Source of the DNA: Saccostrea echinata
Lineage: Eukaryota
Reading direction: 5' to 3'
Length of the DNA: 64,000 nucleotides
Assembly: GCF_033153115.1 (NCBI RefSeq)
Contig: NW_026889750.1
Coordinates: 3,844,001 to 3,908,000, forward strand
Under the pieces are notes generated by a model that searched no databases, had not been told where the DNA came from, and saw only the letters and a program-made list of their open reading frames with translations. Positions 1 to 14,265 of the stretch are shown here, in pieces. Positions within the stretch are counted from its first letter, which is position 1; every line of letters starts with the position of its first letter. The position numbers and the translations under genes are program-made.

Positions 1-438
1 TAATTCATTGAAATTTCACCACATAAAATTCTTCTTTCGCTTTCATTTTTTCAAGATGGATGTCAAACCAAGACATTTCGTGTCAAAAATGATTCGATTT
101 TTTTTTTTACATCCGAAAAAAGTCAGATAAAATATAGATGTTTAGCATTAAATACACTCTCTTAGATGCATAATTTGGTCAACATATTATATAATGCTTT
201 TGTTTCACAGTGATATGGCGAAAGATAGATTATTTACATGGTTGCAGAACAAGTTAACTTGTTCCATCACGAAAGATCGATTGACACTGAAAATTTGATT
301 GGTGGAAATCTTCAGTATAAATAAATCATCTGCATATATTGCTTCGTGACTCCCTGAATTTCTGCAGAAAGCTTAGAGGTGTACATTGGGATTTATCCAT
401 TGACGTTTATAACACATGGAATAAGTGGAAAGGGTAGA

Positions 439-3400
439 ATGGCGACTGATATGACCGACACGAAGAAACCCGTGAAAGGAATTTTAAAGTCTTCCTCGAG
501 CTTTGACCATGAAAAACACAAGGCAATGAAGGAGTATGCTTGTTTTGTTTTTCCCTTTTTACACTTATGATTAATACAAAATAAATGTTATGTGATATAT
601 ATATTTAGTATCTATCTTCGTTGTCAAAATTATGTTGTAAGATTTGTCGAGAGAGAGTTGACAGTTAAGTTGCTCACTTTCAGTTGAGTAATGACTCAGA
701 CTGGTACTGTGACTGTGTGATTGTAAATTAGAGTATGGACTTGAATATTGGAGAAACATTGGACAACCAAACTAGAATAGCATCTATCCTGTAGTTAATC
801 TTAATTTGGGCTTTGTAAGCTTTGCTCTGTTTAAAAATGATAGCCCTGTGTTAACCATGGTTAAAATTTTTATAGGAAGGAAAACTTAACTTATGCTGTA
901 CATATTCATGTAAGATTCACTATAATTTTATGTATGCAAAACTGACGAATCTTGGTTTATAAGTTTTAGATCCTGTATTGAGAGAAATATAGTTCAATTA
1001 GTACATGCAAGCAATCAACAAATTAAGGATTTTATGAACACGTTGAATAAGTGAAATACTCAAATTAGGATATATATGCTTAATGTGAATTTTTAATGTG
1101 TTTGCATAAATAATGCATCCGTTTATTGCATAAATAACATTTTGTAAAGCATGATGATGATCATTGAATATATTAAAGCTGTTTTCTGGATGTATCCCAA
1201 ATTCTTAACATACCTAACAGTCTTTTCACCTCCTTACTGCACACTCCTTTGAAAAAAATGTTAAGTTCTGGACATAAAGTTAAAACTTCCATTTGGAAAG
1301 AACAGGGATACTTTTAAACCTAAGTTCAAATTAGAATTTAGCTGCCAACTTCTCCCCCACCCTGGCCACCCACTTTCCTATTTAAAAAATAAAAAAAGAA
1401 ATATTGACATTTTCCAGATAAAGTTGGAAAACTGTATATGGAATACTGTTCCATTTTTTTTTAAATCTATTAACATGATTAAAATACAGGAAAATTTAAA
1501 ATATGGTGAGTGACACTTGAATACTTATCATTTAAGCTTTCATTATAAAATAATTCTCAAAATTTTTAAATTTTTTTTTATGTTATCATTGTGGTCATTA
1601 CTTCACAGTAAAAGTCTGATTTCTGAAGGTATCAGCCCTGTTTACAGAATACAGAGGAAAAATCTGTAATACTTGTAGTAGTTATACACTGACTCTTGTT
1701 ACTCATGCAGTAACTGTCTATCTCTATCACAGAGTTGACATAACTGCTGTTGTCCATTTGGTATTTGTTCATTTGTTTGTATGAAGTCACACAACCAGAT
1801 AGCATAAACTCTGGCAGATTTACTTTTTAGCCATCATTTTCCATTATATCAGCATTTTTTAAAAACATTCTCTACGTTGGCTATGTAATAATTAATCATT
1901 TGTGGATGATTCAAATGTAAATCCATTGTTCTATAGATCGCAAAAAAAAAAAAAAAAAAAAAAAATCAACAAATTTGAAATGAGGAAAGTGAATATAAAT
2001 CATGTTTTGTTTGTTTGTTTGTTTGTTTGTTTTTGTTTATTTGTTTTGTTTTGTTTTTTTGTTTGTTTGTTTGTTGTTGTTTTTTTTTTTTTTGTCAAGA
2101 AAACAAAATTTAGGCATAAGTAAGGAAGATTGTTAGTATCCCAATATTGAAAAAAAATTTAATTGAGAAAAAAAATATATGATGTGAATTTTTATGATAT
2201 CCCACTCCCACTACACAATAAGTGAGTCTGACAAATGGCAATGTTTGAAAATTTTTGTTCATCAAATTTGATTTTCTTTTTAATACAAATATTGTACTTC
2301 TTAGGCAAAAAGACAAAGAGATGAAGTGGGATGAAATGAATATATTAGCCACACACCATCCCCCTGACAAAGACTATGGTCACATGAAAATTGATGAGCC
2401 TCCAACTCCCTACAGCAAATATTCAGATGTGGAAGACGATGATGATGATGAAGAGAAAGCCAGTAAGAGTGGTTCTGGGACGATGGGAGACCTCCTCCCG
2501 GAAGACATTGCTAACAGGTAACAATAATCTGTTTCAAATAAGGCAATTAAAACAGCACTGTAACCAATATTCTTTGTGAATGAGGTTCTTTGATATGATT
2601 AAACACATATTCGCTTTTTATCCCATTGTGTATCTATGTGTTTAGTTTTTTGGGGTGGGAGGGGGGTTGGAGAGGGGTGGATGGGGGTGGAGAGGGTTAG
2701 GAGTTAGGTTGTTGCTATTGATTATTATGGATATTTTACTATTATTATAATTAGTTTTCATTTTGCATATTGCATCTTCTCAAGGTGTCAATTAAGTACA
2801 TGTATATACAAGTTAAGTTAGTTAACATATGCAATTTGTTTTTCAATTAGGTTTCCTTGTAGATACTGGTACTTGGATTGTGAGTGTGTATAACTAAGTG
2901 ATACGTGATAAGTGATAAGCATACATAACATTGATATAAACTGTACCTGCTTTGTGTAAATGGTATTATAAAAACTTGTAAGGCTTACATTACATTATTG
3001 TAGACTTGCTGAGACACATAGACCTAGATCAACATCTTTCAGTGAGGAGGATTCTTCCTCTGAGGATGAGAATGAAACTGAGGAGGAAAGGGGTGAGGAG
3101 TTAAATTAAGCATGAACAGTAGATTCTTTTCTGATGAGACCCATATTAGCTGTGATTGGTATTCTTTATAGATCCCCTGCAGGGTTGTCCCTAAGACCGG
3201 GGGTCGGGAAATTTCCCCGCCTATAATGACATAATCCTCACGGTTACTTTGGTATTCCTCCTCTCAGTCCCCTGTTAGCAGAGATCCCCTTCTACTCTTT
3301 TAATGTCCCCTGCTATTTTAATTCTTAAGGACAACCCTGCCCTGTAATAAGTGTACATTTGTCATAGAACAATGTGTAAAAGAATATCTTGATATTTTAA

Positions 3401-4156
3401 GGGGGGAAAAAAATATAAGAATTTACTTTCCTTTGTAGGTAATATGATGTGTAATAAATCATAAATGCTGCAGTTTAAACCTCATGATTGTTCAGAATAG
3501 ACAAATTTCACATTCTTAAGAGCTATCTCCCGTTGTCGGCGTAACACTCATTTTTGTCACTATATCCTTTGTAACTTACCTGTTAAAAAATGGAATCGGA
3601 CAATTTTGACCCATTCCTGAATTGCCTTAGTATGGGGCAACATGAAAAACATAATGAACATATTCAAACGGATTTACTTTGCGAGGTATTGCCCCCAAAA
3701 GTTGATAATGTTATAAAGGGAAAACAATGTCTTGAGCCAGTTGACCCCAGATTGACCCCACAAAGGGAAATAACTTTCGTAAATGTGAAATTCGTCTATT
3801 TCAATGTGCAGCAGATATCTTTCATGTATAAAAACTGTAAAAGCTATTATTGAAAACCAATTATTCCTTTCAAAAGCAAAAATAAATCTGTCCCTTTTTA
3901 TTGATTCACAAAAAAAAAAAAAACTTGTGTACATTCTTTAATTATTATAATTGTAGCTAAAAGAAAACAATTTGAGCAGAAAAGGAAACTGCACTACAAT
4001 GAATTTCAAGCTGTTAAACTCGCCAAACAATTGATGGAAGAAGAGGAAGAAGAAGATGATGAAGAAGACACAGAAGAAAATGGGACGAAGGAAGAAACCA
4101 CCAATAGTGAAGTCATCCAGCCTATGGAAGAAAACAATATAAAGGGATCTAGTTAA
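439..4156 (+). CDS. PPP1R2: Protein phosphatase 1 regulatory inhibitor subunit 2 (inhibitor-2), 4 exons, 198 aa
   Basis: Exons 439-533, 2305-2517, 3004-3092, 3957-4156 join in frame with GT-AG introns. Motifs: KGILK (SILK-type), [31 protein letters not shown] and [16 protein letters not shown], all hallmarks of inhibitor-2. Confidence 0.95.
3180..3339. mobile_element. MITE with CAGGG termini and 5-bp TSD, in PPP1R2 intron 3
   Basis: TIR cagggttgtccctaaga / tcttaaggacaaccctg; CCCTG flanks both sides (3175-3179, 3340-3344). Confidence 0.75.
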
Positions 4157-7100
4157 TTTAAAATTAATGCCATGGATCCTATTTTTCATAACTCAGTTGT
4201 ACTTAATATTTAGTCAAGTGGTTGATAATTTTCCATTAGAATCTGCTTTTTTGCAAATTTCCCCCTTTCGAATTGCAAGGTTTGATAAAGTGTACAATAA
4301 CAGAGGTCATTCTACATGGACAACGATTTCTTGTGAAACGTGTGCATTTCCTTGTACAAATTAGTTAACACATGTTTTGTACCCAAGCAGCATTTTAAAG
4401 ACCTGAAAATTTTGCAAAACATTTTTCCATCATTTTTTCCATTATATGCTTTCATATTTTTTGCTTGCCATAGTAAAGGATTTTACTTCATATTCATGCA
4501 TCACTGTGCCAACAATGATAATTCTAGACATCTGTACACTAGATTTCTGCCAACAGTTGTTTTTGGACAGTTTTTCAGGAAAGGGAGACATCTTAACTTT
4601 TCTCAGCAGCAAGGACCATTTCAATTGATTATCGTGTAATCATGTAACAAATTATGAATTATTACAATTTTTGTCACATTTGTAATATTAACGTGATGTT
4701 GGCTCTGAAAAGATTCATCTAGTGTAATAAATTTTAAATAATAAGATCAGAATACTGTACTGTAATTAGTACATCACCATAATATTTCATTCCTGGGTGG
4801 AAATGTATTGAGAACTGTATTTTTGTCTGGAGAATCTCATTAGGTATGGATGAAATTGAGTATATATAGCACCGAAAACATGTCTTAGTGGCCATAGTTA
4901 AATGTATTTAATACTTAAAGTGCAAATATTGTCCCATGTTGTGATACATATCTGTAGTCCCTTAATTTGTTCTGCATCTTTTATTTGATTCCATTAGTTG
5001 AGCAGTTTTCTGTTTGTTTGTTTTTTTTATTTTTTCGTTTTGTTTTTGTAGTTCATTTAAGGATCAGTCAAACATTATGCAAATGTGATTTCTACTTCAG
5101 GATATCATTTATTTATGGCTAGTTTTTGTGTAAACTTCTACACAAATGCAGTGTTGGGTATATGTGTGGAATATAGTACAATGTAACGATTTATAATTGT
5201 AACATGGGGTTAGACATAAGAAAGGGGGAGGAGGTTGAGATGCTGCAGTGTTATTTAATATTAATTGATTATTTTGGACTTTACAGTACTGTTAATCATA
5301 CATCTACATGTACCAATTGACTGAGACACATCAGCCTTAATATATGAAAACTTGAATGCACACCAAGGTATTTTATTAATATTTTGAAAGTCAGTCTCGT
5401 AAATTGATTGTCTTGAACCGTGACATCATGGAAGAGTATAGATATATCTCTATAACACAAGACAAAATCATTAGCCAAAGCACATCAAAGATTAAATTTA
5501 TAATGACCTGCACAAAATGCACTCTAATACTACAGAAATATGACTACTCTTTTTTAAAAAACTAAGATTTTACCACAGAAAAAAATTAATGGCTGAAATA
5601 TTGCCATCTTAGTGCAAGCCCAAAACAATCAATCAATCAATGTACATGTACTAAGATTTTACGTACAATTTTTTCCCCCCATTTTTGATTCACATATGCG
5701 GTGAAAATTTAAAATAGCTTTGTAAACAGCATGCTATATGAAAAGATTACAACTGTAATTATGTCCATTTAATGTGTATCATTGGTTTGTTGAAAATTTG
5801 TGACTGGAAAGTGGTGTATATAATCTACTAGGATTGGGGAAAAAGTATATGTGTTTGCTTAAATAAATGCATAATTTTATTAGCATACTATAAAGACTAT
5901 TGTATATATATACCTACTACAGTTCTGCCTGAACATTACACCTAAGCTTAATACAGATTTAGTTTAGTTTTAAGAGTATAAGTTTGACACAGTTGCTTTG
6001 TTTTAATATACAGGTTGTGTGTTTCAAAAGCTTTGCAAATATACCTGTAATTCTTAAAGAAGCCATAGACATGGATATATTTTTGTTATTTTGCTTCTTT
6101 TTTTCTTTTCAAATTATAGTTATTAGACTAAGTGCTTTATTACATGTATCTCCATTAATATTAATTTTGAACATTTAGACAGTAGAGTTTGATTCAGTGA
6201 CTAATTTACAAATATTGCTGAAAATTATTTACAATGGGGTTTTAATTTTTAAACAGAGTGACCTCAAATGTGTCTCTTCTTCAATATATGGGACACATAG
6301 TCTATTTGTGAGTCTTATTTCTCCCATATTTTATAGTGCTTTGTTTATATTTCTACTTCACTAGTTGGGCATGATAAAAGATACCTCACCCCTTTTATAT
6401 TCTTAAAAGCTCAACATTATTTATTGATGTAAAGTTGCTTTTTATGTATAGCCTTAAAACTTCAAAAACTGGAAGATGGGACATACATCACCTCCATATG
6501 GTTCAACCATATTCAAGGTCCTTTTCTAAAGTGCTATTTTGTAAAGTTTCTTGGCTTTATTAAAGCCAGCAGTGATTTGAAATAGGGGAGTAGTCTACAA
6601 CGTTCCCCTCTAAAATATTAAAATTACTCAACTTTATCAATAGAAATATGTGTATAATCTTTCACAGGAGCAGATCCTAAACAGTGCTTTTAATTTACCA
6701 GAAAGCATAATGTGAGAGAAAAATTGCAATATTTATGCAAATCTTTTCTGACACACATTTTTATTTTGTTTCTGACCTGTAACTTTTGTAAAAAGTTAAA
6801 GATCATACAGTTAAAGCGAGGAGAGCGTACTTTAAAGGTATAAGTGATTCTTAACTTGGTCTTGGTCTTGTTATTCTGTTTATTAAAGAGGGGATTTTTT
6901 TTTTTTTTTTTTTTTTGGTAATCAAAAAAATGATACACTTCATTCTTTTTTTTTCATAATATACCAGTTGATATGCAAATAAAAATATATGAAGAATTTT
7001 GTTCATTGTTATACCGTATAAGCAGAATATTCTTAGCTAGGATTCAATTTTGGCATTATTATTATTTGAGATCTCTAAAATTGAATATCACTAACAATTT

Positions 7101-8562
7101 ATTCCTTATCTATAGGTTGTTATAGCTATCTTCCTTGACATTATAAAATCGCTAAAATTATTTCTCCCTATAAATATATACCAATTTTTGCTGATAAATA
7201 GCTAAATTTGCGTCTTGGTAAAAATTCAACTTGTATGGTATTAGACAATAATTTTTTGTTTTAATGAAAGTTTTATGAATGTTTTATTTGTTCCTTTTCT
7301 GCAAATTTATTTAAAAAAATTCATTGTATTGATCTTTAGTTAAAAGTGTTATTTTGTATATACCATTTCTATAAATACCTGTAAATTTTGAGAATTGTGA
7401 GACTTGATATAGATTTATTTATCAATTAATTGTCAAATAAGTGTAATAGGCTAGCTGCTGGTGCAAAGGAGTGCATTAATATTAAAATCAGAAAAAAAAG
7501 TATTATTTGTAATAAAATTGAAGAACTGGCTGAACAGTTTTAATGGTTTTATAATCTAAATAAACCAGGCCTTGGGACGACCAGGAGAGTATAGTGTTGA
7601 AGAAGAAGTTGATTTTTTAAGTGTTCAGATGTGCTTCTTCAACCAGAGATGGTATGGTAATAAAGTAACTTATGATAAGGTTGACAGGAACTGTACTTTG
7701 GAGCAAAGTAGTGTGTGACTTTTGTGTTGGAAATTTGAAGTATGATGAATTAATCATATAGGGACATCTGCAAAAGCTGATATCAGTTTGTTTCATTACA
7801 AAGTTCAAGGTTTTGATGGCATATTATCCTGATTGTATATGAAATGTGATGTTTTGAAAAGGTCAAATCCAAAATAAAGTATTGATCTGCCAATTACAAG
7901 GTTAAAGGTTGTAACCAAGTTGCATTTAAAAAATCTCATCCTAATTGATTTAACTGTGAAGCTGGAAGAGATAATCATAATGAGTTGACACAGGACTCCT
8001 GACATTGTGAGGATGGAAACTTCAGAAGTAAGAAGATAATCAGAATCGGTCATTCTCAACAGATGTAAACAAAGGGTCACTTGAGTCGTTTGGATAACCT
8101 ATTGCTGTGTGTTTGTCCTTGGTTATGCTTTGTCTATGATATTGGTTGTGGACTTTTGAACATTTCCAGCACCTTCTCTGTATCAACTGAAACAATTTTT
8201 GTAAAAAGATTCTTTGAAGAAAATTGTAAAATTTCATGGTCTGAGAGGTGTGAACAAAGCTTATTTTTTCTTCAAAAATCTTCTTTTCTCCTTGGACATC
8301 AAAAAGTCTCAAATTGTTGATACATTTGACTAAAACTGCAGTTATTCATTACCCCTGAGTTCAGGGTTAAAGCTTCAGGATTGGGAAAAGAAATGCATTT
8401 TATATTAAAAATTTTTGAACTTTACTCCTAGACTTTGAGGAACAAAATTTTCAATTGCAAAATTTAATATAATGATGTAATTACAATTTTTAAGCAAATT
8501 TGTGACCCCAGGGTTCAGGATTCTGGCCATAGGGTATAGTTTTTCACTTGGTGAAATTTTAA

Positions 8563-9341
8563 AGGTGCTTAGACACAGATTTGAAGTTAATATTTTCTCA
8601 AATTTTCTGTATGATATGACGACTTGTATATTGCAATAGCATTTCACACGAAACTATAATTAAAAACTTAATTTATCTGGAAATTATTGGAACTGCGAAT
8701 TCCTGGACGCGTTTGATTAACACATCCTTGCACTTTCACAAATTTTATCTCTATCCTTGATATTTAAGGAAAGAAGCGATTTTGTTGTGTATTAATGAAA
8801 AACATTACATCTATAATCCAGAAAATTCAGAGTAGAAATGTGCGAAAGCAAACCCCCTCACTAATATCGTCAGCTTGTGCTCAGTGTTATGTACAGAGTT
8901 TAACAAATTGAATACACCCGTGAAACGTAAACTGTTTTTGTAAACAGGGCACGAGCTCTGTTATTGTTAATGTTTACGATTCACCGGGTGTGTTCAATTG
9001 TTAAAGTCTGCACACACCACTGAACACGGACTGACAATACTGTGAGTGGGTTTTGCTTTCGAATATTTCTACTCTGAATTTTCTGGATTAAAGTTTTTAT
9101 ATTTTTCATTAATACACAACAAAATTGCCACTTTTCTTAAGTATTAAGAATAAAATTAAAATTTGTGAAAGTGCAAGGATGTGTCAATCAAACGCGTTCA
9201 GAAATTTGAAGTTTCAATAACTACGAGATGAAATAAGATTTTTATTATATTTTAGTATGAAATGTTATAGCAACATATAAGTCATGAAATTATACAGAAA
9301 ATTTGAGAAAATATTAACTTCAAATCTGTGTCCAAGCACCT
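8563..9341. mobile_element. Foldback (near-palindromic) non-autonomous DNA transposon, Kolobok-like
   Basis: TTAA at 8559-8562 and 9342-9345; termini AGGTGC...GCACCT; the two arms are diverged reverse complements over about 380 bp each, centred near 8950. Confidence 0.8.
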
Positions 9342-9733
9342 TTAAAAGCTGGATATCAAATTATTAGATATTCAGGTACATTGCCTCACCAAATAGTAAA
9401 ATTCTTGTCACATGAGTCCCAAATCCCATGATGGACTGATCAGTGGGTCAAATCATTGACTATAGAGAAACTCATGATATTCTGGTGACCCTTAAGGCTC
9501 ATGGGTCTCTTATTTATCACCTCCAAGGTTATAAATCAAGGACAAGCTGAACCTTGGTATTGATTTCAAAATATCATTCTGATTTACTTGTGTGTGATGG
9601 AGATCAGAATAGGTTACCCTCTGATGATATCTGACTTGATTTTAATCAATAGACAGGACATTGCTACCCAAATTTGGTTCAAAATGTTCTAAATAAAAAC
9701 AAGTTAAAATTACTTTGGCCAAGACAATAGAAA

Positions 9734-9866
9734 ANNNNNNNNNNNNNNNNNNNNNNNNNNNNNNNNNNNNNNNNNNNNNNNNNNNNNNNNNNNNNNNNNN
9801 NNNNNNNNNNNNNNNNNNNNNNNNNNNNNNNNNNNNNNNNNNNNNNNNNNNNNNNNNNNNNNNNNN
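9734..9866. other. Assembly gap (N run)
   Basis: Run of n characters. Confidence 1.
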
Positions 9867-10384
9867 TAGTTTGCACAAATATGTAACCTGTTCCTTGAGT
9901 TACTGGTATTATTTCTAAATAGATGTTACACCCCCAATAAGTAAATACAATGCATTTAACATATTACACAAAATATATTTATATTCAATCTCAATCTTCC
10001 TTTTGTTTTAGCTCAAGATATCATTTAAATCCCAAAGTGAAATGATTAAAAATTTAATAATTCTTCAACATGTATATATAACTAAATATGGAGCAGTTAT
10101 ACGAGTTAAACATATTGATGCTCAAGACTCGTCCAAAAATAGCTCTGAATATGCAAGGGAATAATCAACCAAACTTAATGTGATAAGTCTCCACAAGAGA
10201 AAGATCATTATGCAGACATTTTCATCTAGATAAATGGGACACAAACTGGAACCAGAAGTCATTGATGAGACTGTAGCTCTACTGGTTATACTTATAAAGG
10301 AAGATAAAAGTAGCACTTGGACTTGAAACTTTGCAACAGCAATAAATAGAATAATGATCTTTGGTTTAGTCTCTTTTTTGTGGC

Positions 10385-11282
10385 AAGACTTATTGCAATC
10401 AGACTAAAACTGTAGGAGGAGTAGCCTTTTAAAACAATTTTACAGAAATTTCTATTTAAGTAACCATGGCAACATCATTCAACATAATCAAAACAATAAG
10501 ACAATTATGTATCTCAGTGTAGTCTACTTGTATGCCAAGTTATACTGAAATCAGACAAAAAGTGCAGGAGGAGTAGCATTTTGAAAGTATTTCAAGAAAA
10601 TTTCTATTTTTAGTAACCATGGCAACACTGTTCATCGAAATCCAAAACCGATGAAAAGAATTATGTATCTCAGTGTAGTCTACTTGTTTGCCAAGTTATA
10701 CTGAAATCAGATCAAAACTGTAGGAGGAGAAGTGTTTTGAAAGTATTTCCAAGAAATCTCTATTTTTAGTAACCATGGCAACACCGTTCATTGAAATGAA
10801 AAAAACCAATGCATAGAATTATGTATCTTAGTGTAATCTACTTGTATGCCAAGCTATACTGAAATCAGACCAAAACTGTAGGACAAGTAGTGTTTTAAAA
10901 GTATTTCACAGAATTTCTATTTTTAGTAACCAAGGCAACACCATTTATTGAAATCAAAAACCGATACACAAAATCATGTATCTTATTATAGTCTTCTTGT
11001 GTGCCAAGTTATATAAAACTGTACGAGGAGTAGCGTTTTGAAAGTTTTTCACAGAAATTTCTATTTTTAGTAACCATGGCAACACCGTTCATTGAAATCA
11101 AAAACCGATACACAGAATTATGTCATGATCTTAGTGTAGTCTAATTATGTGCCAAGTTACATTGAAATCAGACCAAAACTGTAGGAGGAGCAGTGTTTTG
11201 AAAAATTGTCTACAGACGGACAGACGACGGACACCTTACTATCGCATAAGCTCTTCTGGTCTCTGACCAGTAGAGCTAAAAA
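10385..11282. mobile_element. Helentron/HINE-like non-autonomous element with an array of about 153-bp units
   Basis: About 5-6 diverged units containing taaccatggcaac and gccaagttatactgaaatcag; then a (gacg/gaca) microsatellite, terminal hairpin agctcttctggtc-tct-gaccagtagagct and an A run. Confidence 0.7.
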
Positions 11283-12219
11283 TGGCCTCATAATGGACAC
11301 ATTATAGTAAGTATTCGGGTGTCAATTGCTATACTTTTATCCCCATTCATTTACATTAGCTCTACCATTTAAAAGTTCTAAGAACATATTGGTCATTTCG
11401 CCTTAAATTCTATTCATTAAATTAATAAACTCAATGCTTTAAGTACCAGTGGTTTTATGTCCAAAGCAATAAGTTGGTTTCTGAATCAAATTACATGGAC
11501 ACGACCCAGCCATCTTGCTGGTAAATTTCCTCCGAATCTATAGTACATTGACCTCAATTTGCTAATAGTGCTGTTAATGGCTTTCATTCTGATAAATTGT
11601 ACATTTCACTGATGAAAATTGCTGAGATCTAAATTGTGTAAATAATTGGAATCCAATAACAATCAGGTATCCTCTATCCTAAATAGGTCATTTTTCACTT
11701 TCGGAGTTTCCTGCTTCATATAATGTACAATATGTAACTTTTGTCTTAATTTCCATTTAAAGCACATCTTTTTTTTAACAAGTTTAATCTTTCCAACTTT
11801 TATATCAAGTAATTGATTGGAAGTAGATAGTGCGAATTAGGAAATTCCTTTGGATTTTTTTTTATTAAGAATCCAATGATATTAAATGAACAAAGTAATT
11901 AATTTTAATCAATATTTAATTCATTAAAGCACCAAAATGAATAAACATTCCTTCTAAAAAAATTCAAGTCATACACAGTAACCTGATCATTTCACTTTAA
12001 CATATTTTGCAGTGTACTAGAAGCAACAGTTGCTCATAACTTTTTATGACAAAGAGACTTTTATTAGTCTGAGAAAGTGATAAACATTATCTGACATGGG
12101 ATGTTAACAATGCATATGAGAGGAAAAAATCAATGCCTAAACGTAGAACATCCAGACAGAGTATTGAGAAAATGTCCACTTTAACATTCATCATAAAATA
12201 TTGTCATGCAAATGTTCAC

Positions 12220-14265
12220 TCAAGGTAGGATATAAGAATTAGCTTGTGTGGCAAAGCATTGCTTTATTGCTTCTTGACAATTATTGATGTCTCTCCATGG
12301 CAGAGAAATGTGAGTCGTCAGGAATTCAAGGTGATTCAATAACATCGTTAATGCAACTGTCATGTCAATTCCTGCAAGCACCTGCTCCAATGCAACGTGA
12401 TATTGGTTGGTTGATTCCTGTAATTCCTTCACAGTTTGAGTCAAGTCTTGCTTTCTGTGGCAGCTTGAACACTCAGAGTCTGAGAGATGTTTGTTAGGCA
12501 AAATGAAAACTGGCCCAGAGCACTCTTCACATTTGAACACAGGGGTGTCATCAGGAATATCAAAGTATAGAGGAAGATCCAATTGACAAGCATCACAATT
12601 GCAATCAAAGTAATACTGTGGTCTTAGTTTTGACCGTCGTTCAGCCCTGGTGGTCAAGGGATAAATTGCTCCATAATTATCAAGGATTTCCTCCCCTTTT
12701 TGAATGGGCTTTATTGCTCTGACAACACAGACATTGCCATAATTGTGTCTAACCACTGAAGGATCACACGAATGGTTGATGAGGCTGAGAAGAGCATAGG
12801 CTCCAGATCCTACCTCCACTGTATTTGTAACAGTGGGGTCCCCTGGCTTCCAGTGAATTTCTGAAATTTCATGGGCATTACAGGGCAACATCTGTATCTG
12901 TCTCAAAATGTGTCCTCCTACATAACACCTTGCATCTTCCTCCTGCTCTGAAGGGCAATTCTTAAAGAAGGGAGTTAACTCAAGACACTTCAATAAATAC
13001 ACTGTCTGAACTGCTTTGTTGAATAAGTCCTCAGGTGTCCTTTTGTCCCCATGGTTCACCAGAGTGTACAAAGCATAATAATCCTCAGAGTCATAACAGC
13101 CATCTTTATTGTACCCTAAGACCTCTGACACATCACCACTGCAAAAGTTACTTCGTTCTTGCATCAGATATGAAAACCCTGCTTTCATCACCATTCGAAG
13201 TGCTAGATGTCCAAGCTTCGATTTCATACTCTGAACATGTCTTATAATTTTACATTCTATTCTGTGATAGTCTGACCATGCTTCCTCCTGACATTGAAGA
13301 GAACAAAAAGCAACATCACAGCACTGTTGACAAGGCACGGGGCACTCGACTCTTGTACTGCAGTGACTACAGTATTCTTGTTCTCTCTCCGAGAGATTTA
13401 CAGATGCGAAAGGTTTCTCCACTGCTATAATTTCTCCAACTTTAATATCAGTGGATGCCATCAGCCCTCGTCCCATTTCAGCACTTTCTCGTAAGGCAAC
13501 TTTAGAACTAGCTGACATGAACACAGGATTTCTTGCCCTTTTATCAATTTGAGGCACATCCAAATGACAATGGATTGATTTCCTACTGCCATCTTCTAGC
13601 TCTTTCTCCAAATCCACATCATAGTCTACACTTTTCACCTCTTTAATCAAACTTTGCAAGTTCTGAGTAAAATGCTCCCTCTTCTTCTCATCAAGAGTGG
13701 AAAACTCTAATGACCTTACAGCTGATTCAAATGACTGCTTTGCCTTGGTAAAGTTGTTCAATTTTCGATGACACTTTCCTTGTCGCTCATGAAGCTTGTA
13801 ATGATTTACTTTGGGGTATCCACAACGGAAAGCAAGTTCTGCATTTTGCAAACAAGCATCGTAGTTGTCAAGATGGAACAAGACTGCTGATCTGTTTGCA
13901 AAAGCATTGGCTAGTTCTAGGTCATTGCTTTCTGTATTAGAATTTGATTGGTCAAAACAATTCATATTTGTCACTGGGGCCTTCAATACACTTGCTGTAT
14001 ACAATTTTAAAGACTTGACATAATTTTTCTTCTGAAAGAATTGGTTTCCTTGAGTCCTGAGTTGACAAGCCTCTTCTGAATTTTTGCTATTATCATATTC
14101 TTCGAGACGTATATGTTTCTGAACAGCTGGTAAGGACAGAACAAAATGCACTCGCTTCTCATTGGTTTTCACCTGTGAAAAATCCTCCATGGTTTTTACA
14201 TATTGTCTGTTCTTCTGCAGGTCCTCTCGTATGGCTTTTTGGATATGCTCCATGTCTACTGGCAT
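12220..14265 (-). CDS. SMYD4: SET and MYND domain-containing protein 4-like lysine methyltransferase, 681 aa, intronless CDS
   Basis: N-terminal TPR region (GNQFFQKKNY...ANRSAVLFHL), SET-N GRGLMAS, MYND finger (CSHC...CQQCCDVAFCSLQC...HRIEC), INHSCDP, DNYG and post-SET FDCNCDAC. A splice acceptor at 14284-14286 lies just upstream of the ATG. Confidence 0.93.
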   Translation of the reverse strand: MPVDMEHIQKAIREDLQKNRQYVKTMEDFSQVKTNEKRVHFVLSLPAVQKHIRLEEYDNSKNSEEACQLRTQGNQFFQKKNYVKSLKLYTASVLKAPVTNMNCFDQSNSNTESNDLELANAFANRSAVLFHLDNYDACLQNAELAFRCGYPKVNHYKLHERQGKCHRKLNNFTKAKQSFESAVRSLEFSTLDEKKREHFTQNLQSLIKEVKSVDYDVDLEKELEDGSRKSIHCHLDVPQIDKRARNPVFMSASSKVALRESAEMGRGLMASTDIKVGEIIAVEKPFASVNLSEREQEYCSHCSTRVECPVPCQQCCDVAFCSLQCQEEAWSDYHRIECKIIRHVQSMKSKLGHLALRMVMKAGFSYLMQERSNFCSGDVSEVLGYNKDGCYDSEDYYALYTLVNHGDKRTPEDLFNKAVQTVYLLKCLELTPFFKNCPSEQEEDARCYVGGHILRQIQMLPCNAHEISEIHWKPGDPTVTNTVEVGSGAYALLSLINHSCDPSVVRHNYGNVCVVRAIKPIQKGEEILDNYGAIYPLTTRAERRSKLRPQYYFDCNCDACQLDLPLYFDIPDDTPVFKCEECSGPVFILPNKHLSDSECSSCHRKQDLTQTVKELQESTNQYHVALEQVLAGIDMTVALTMLLNHLEFLTTHISLPWRDINNCQEAIKQCFATQANSYILP

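Noticed and set aside
9642-9918. ORFs containing X runs
   Set aside because: Artefacts of the N gap.
12297-13494. Short plus-strand ORFs within SMYD4
   Set aside because: Antisense shadows of a real CDS.
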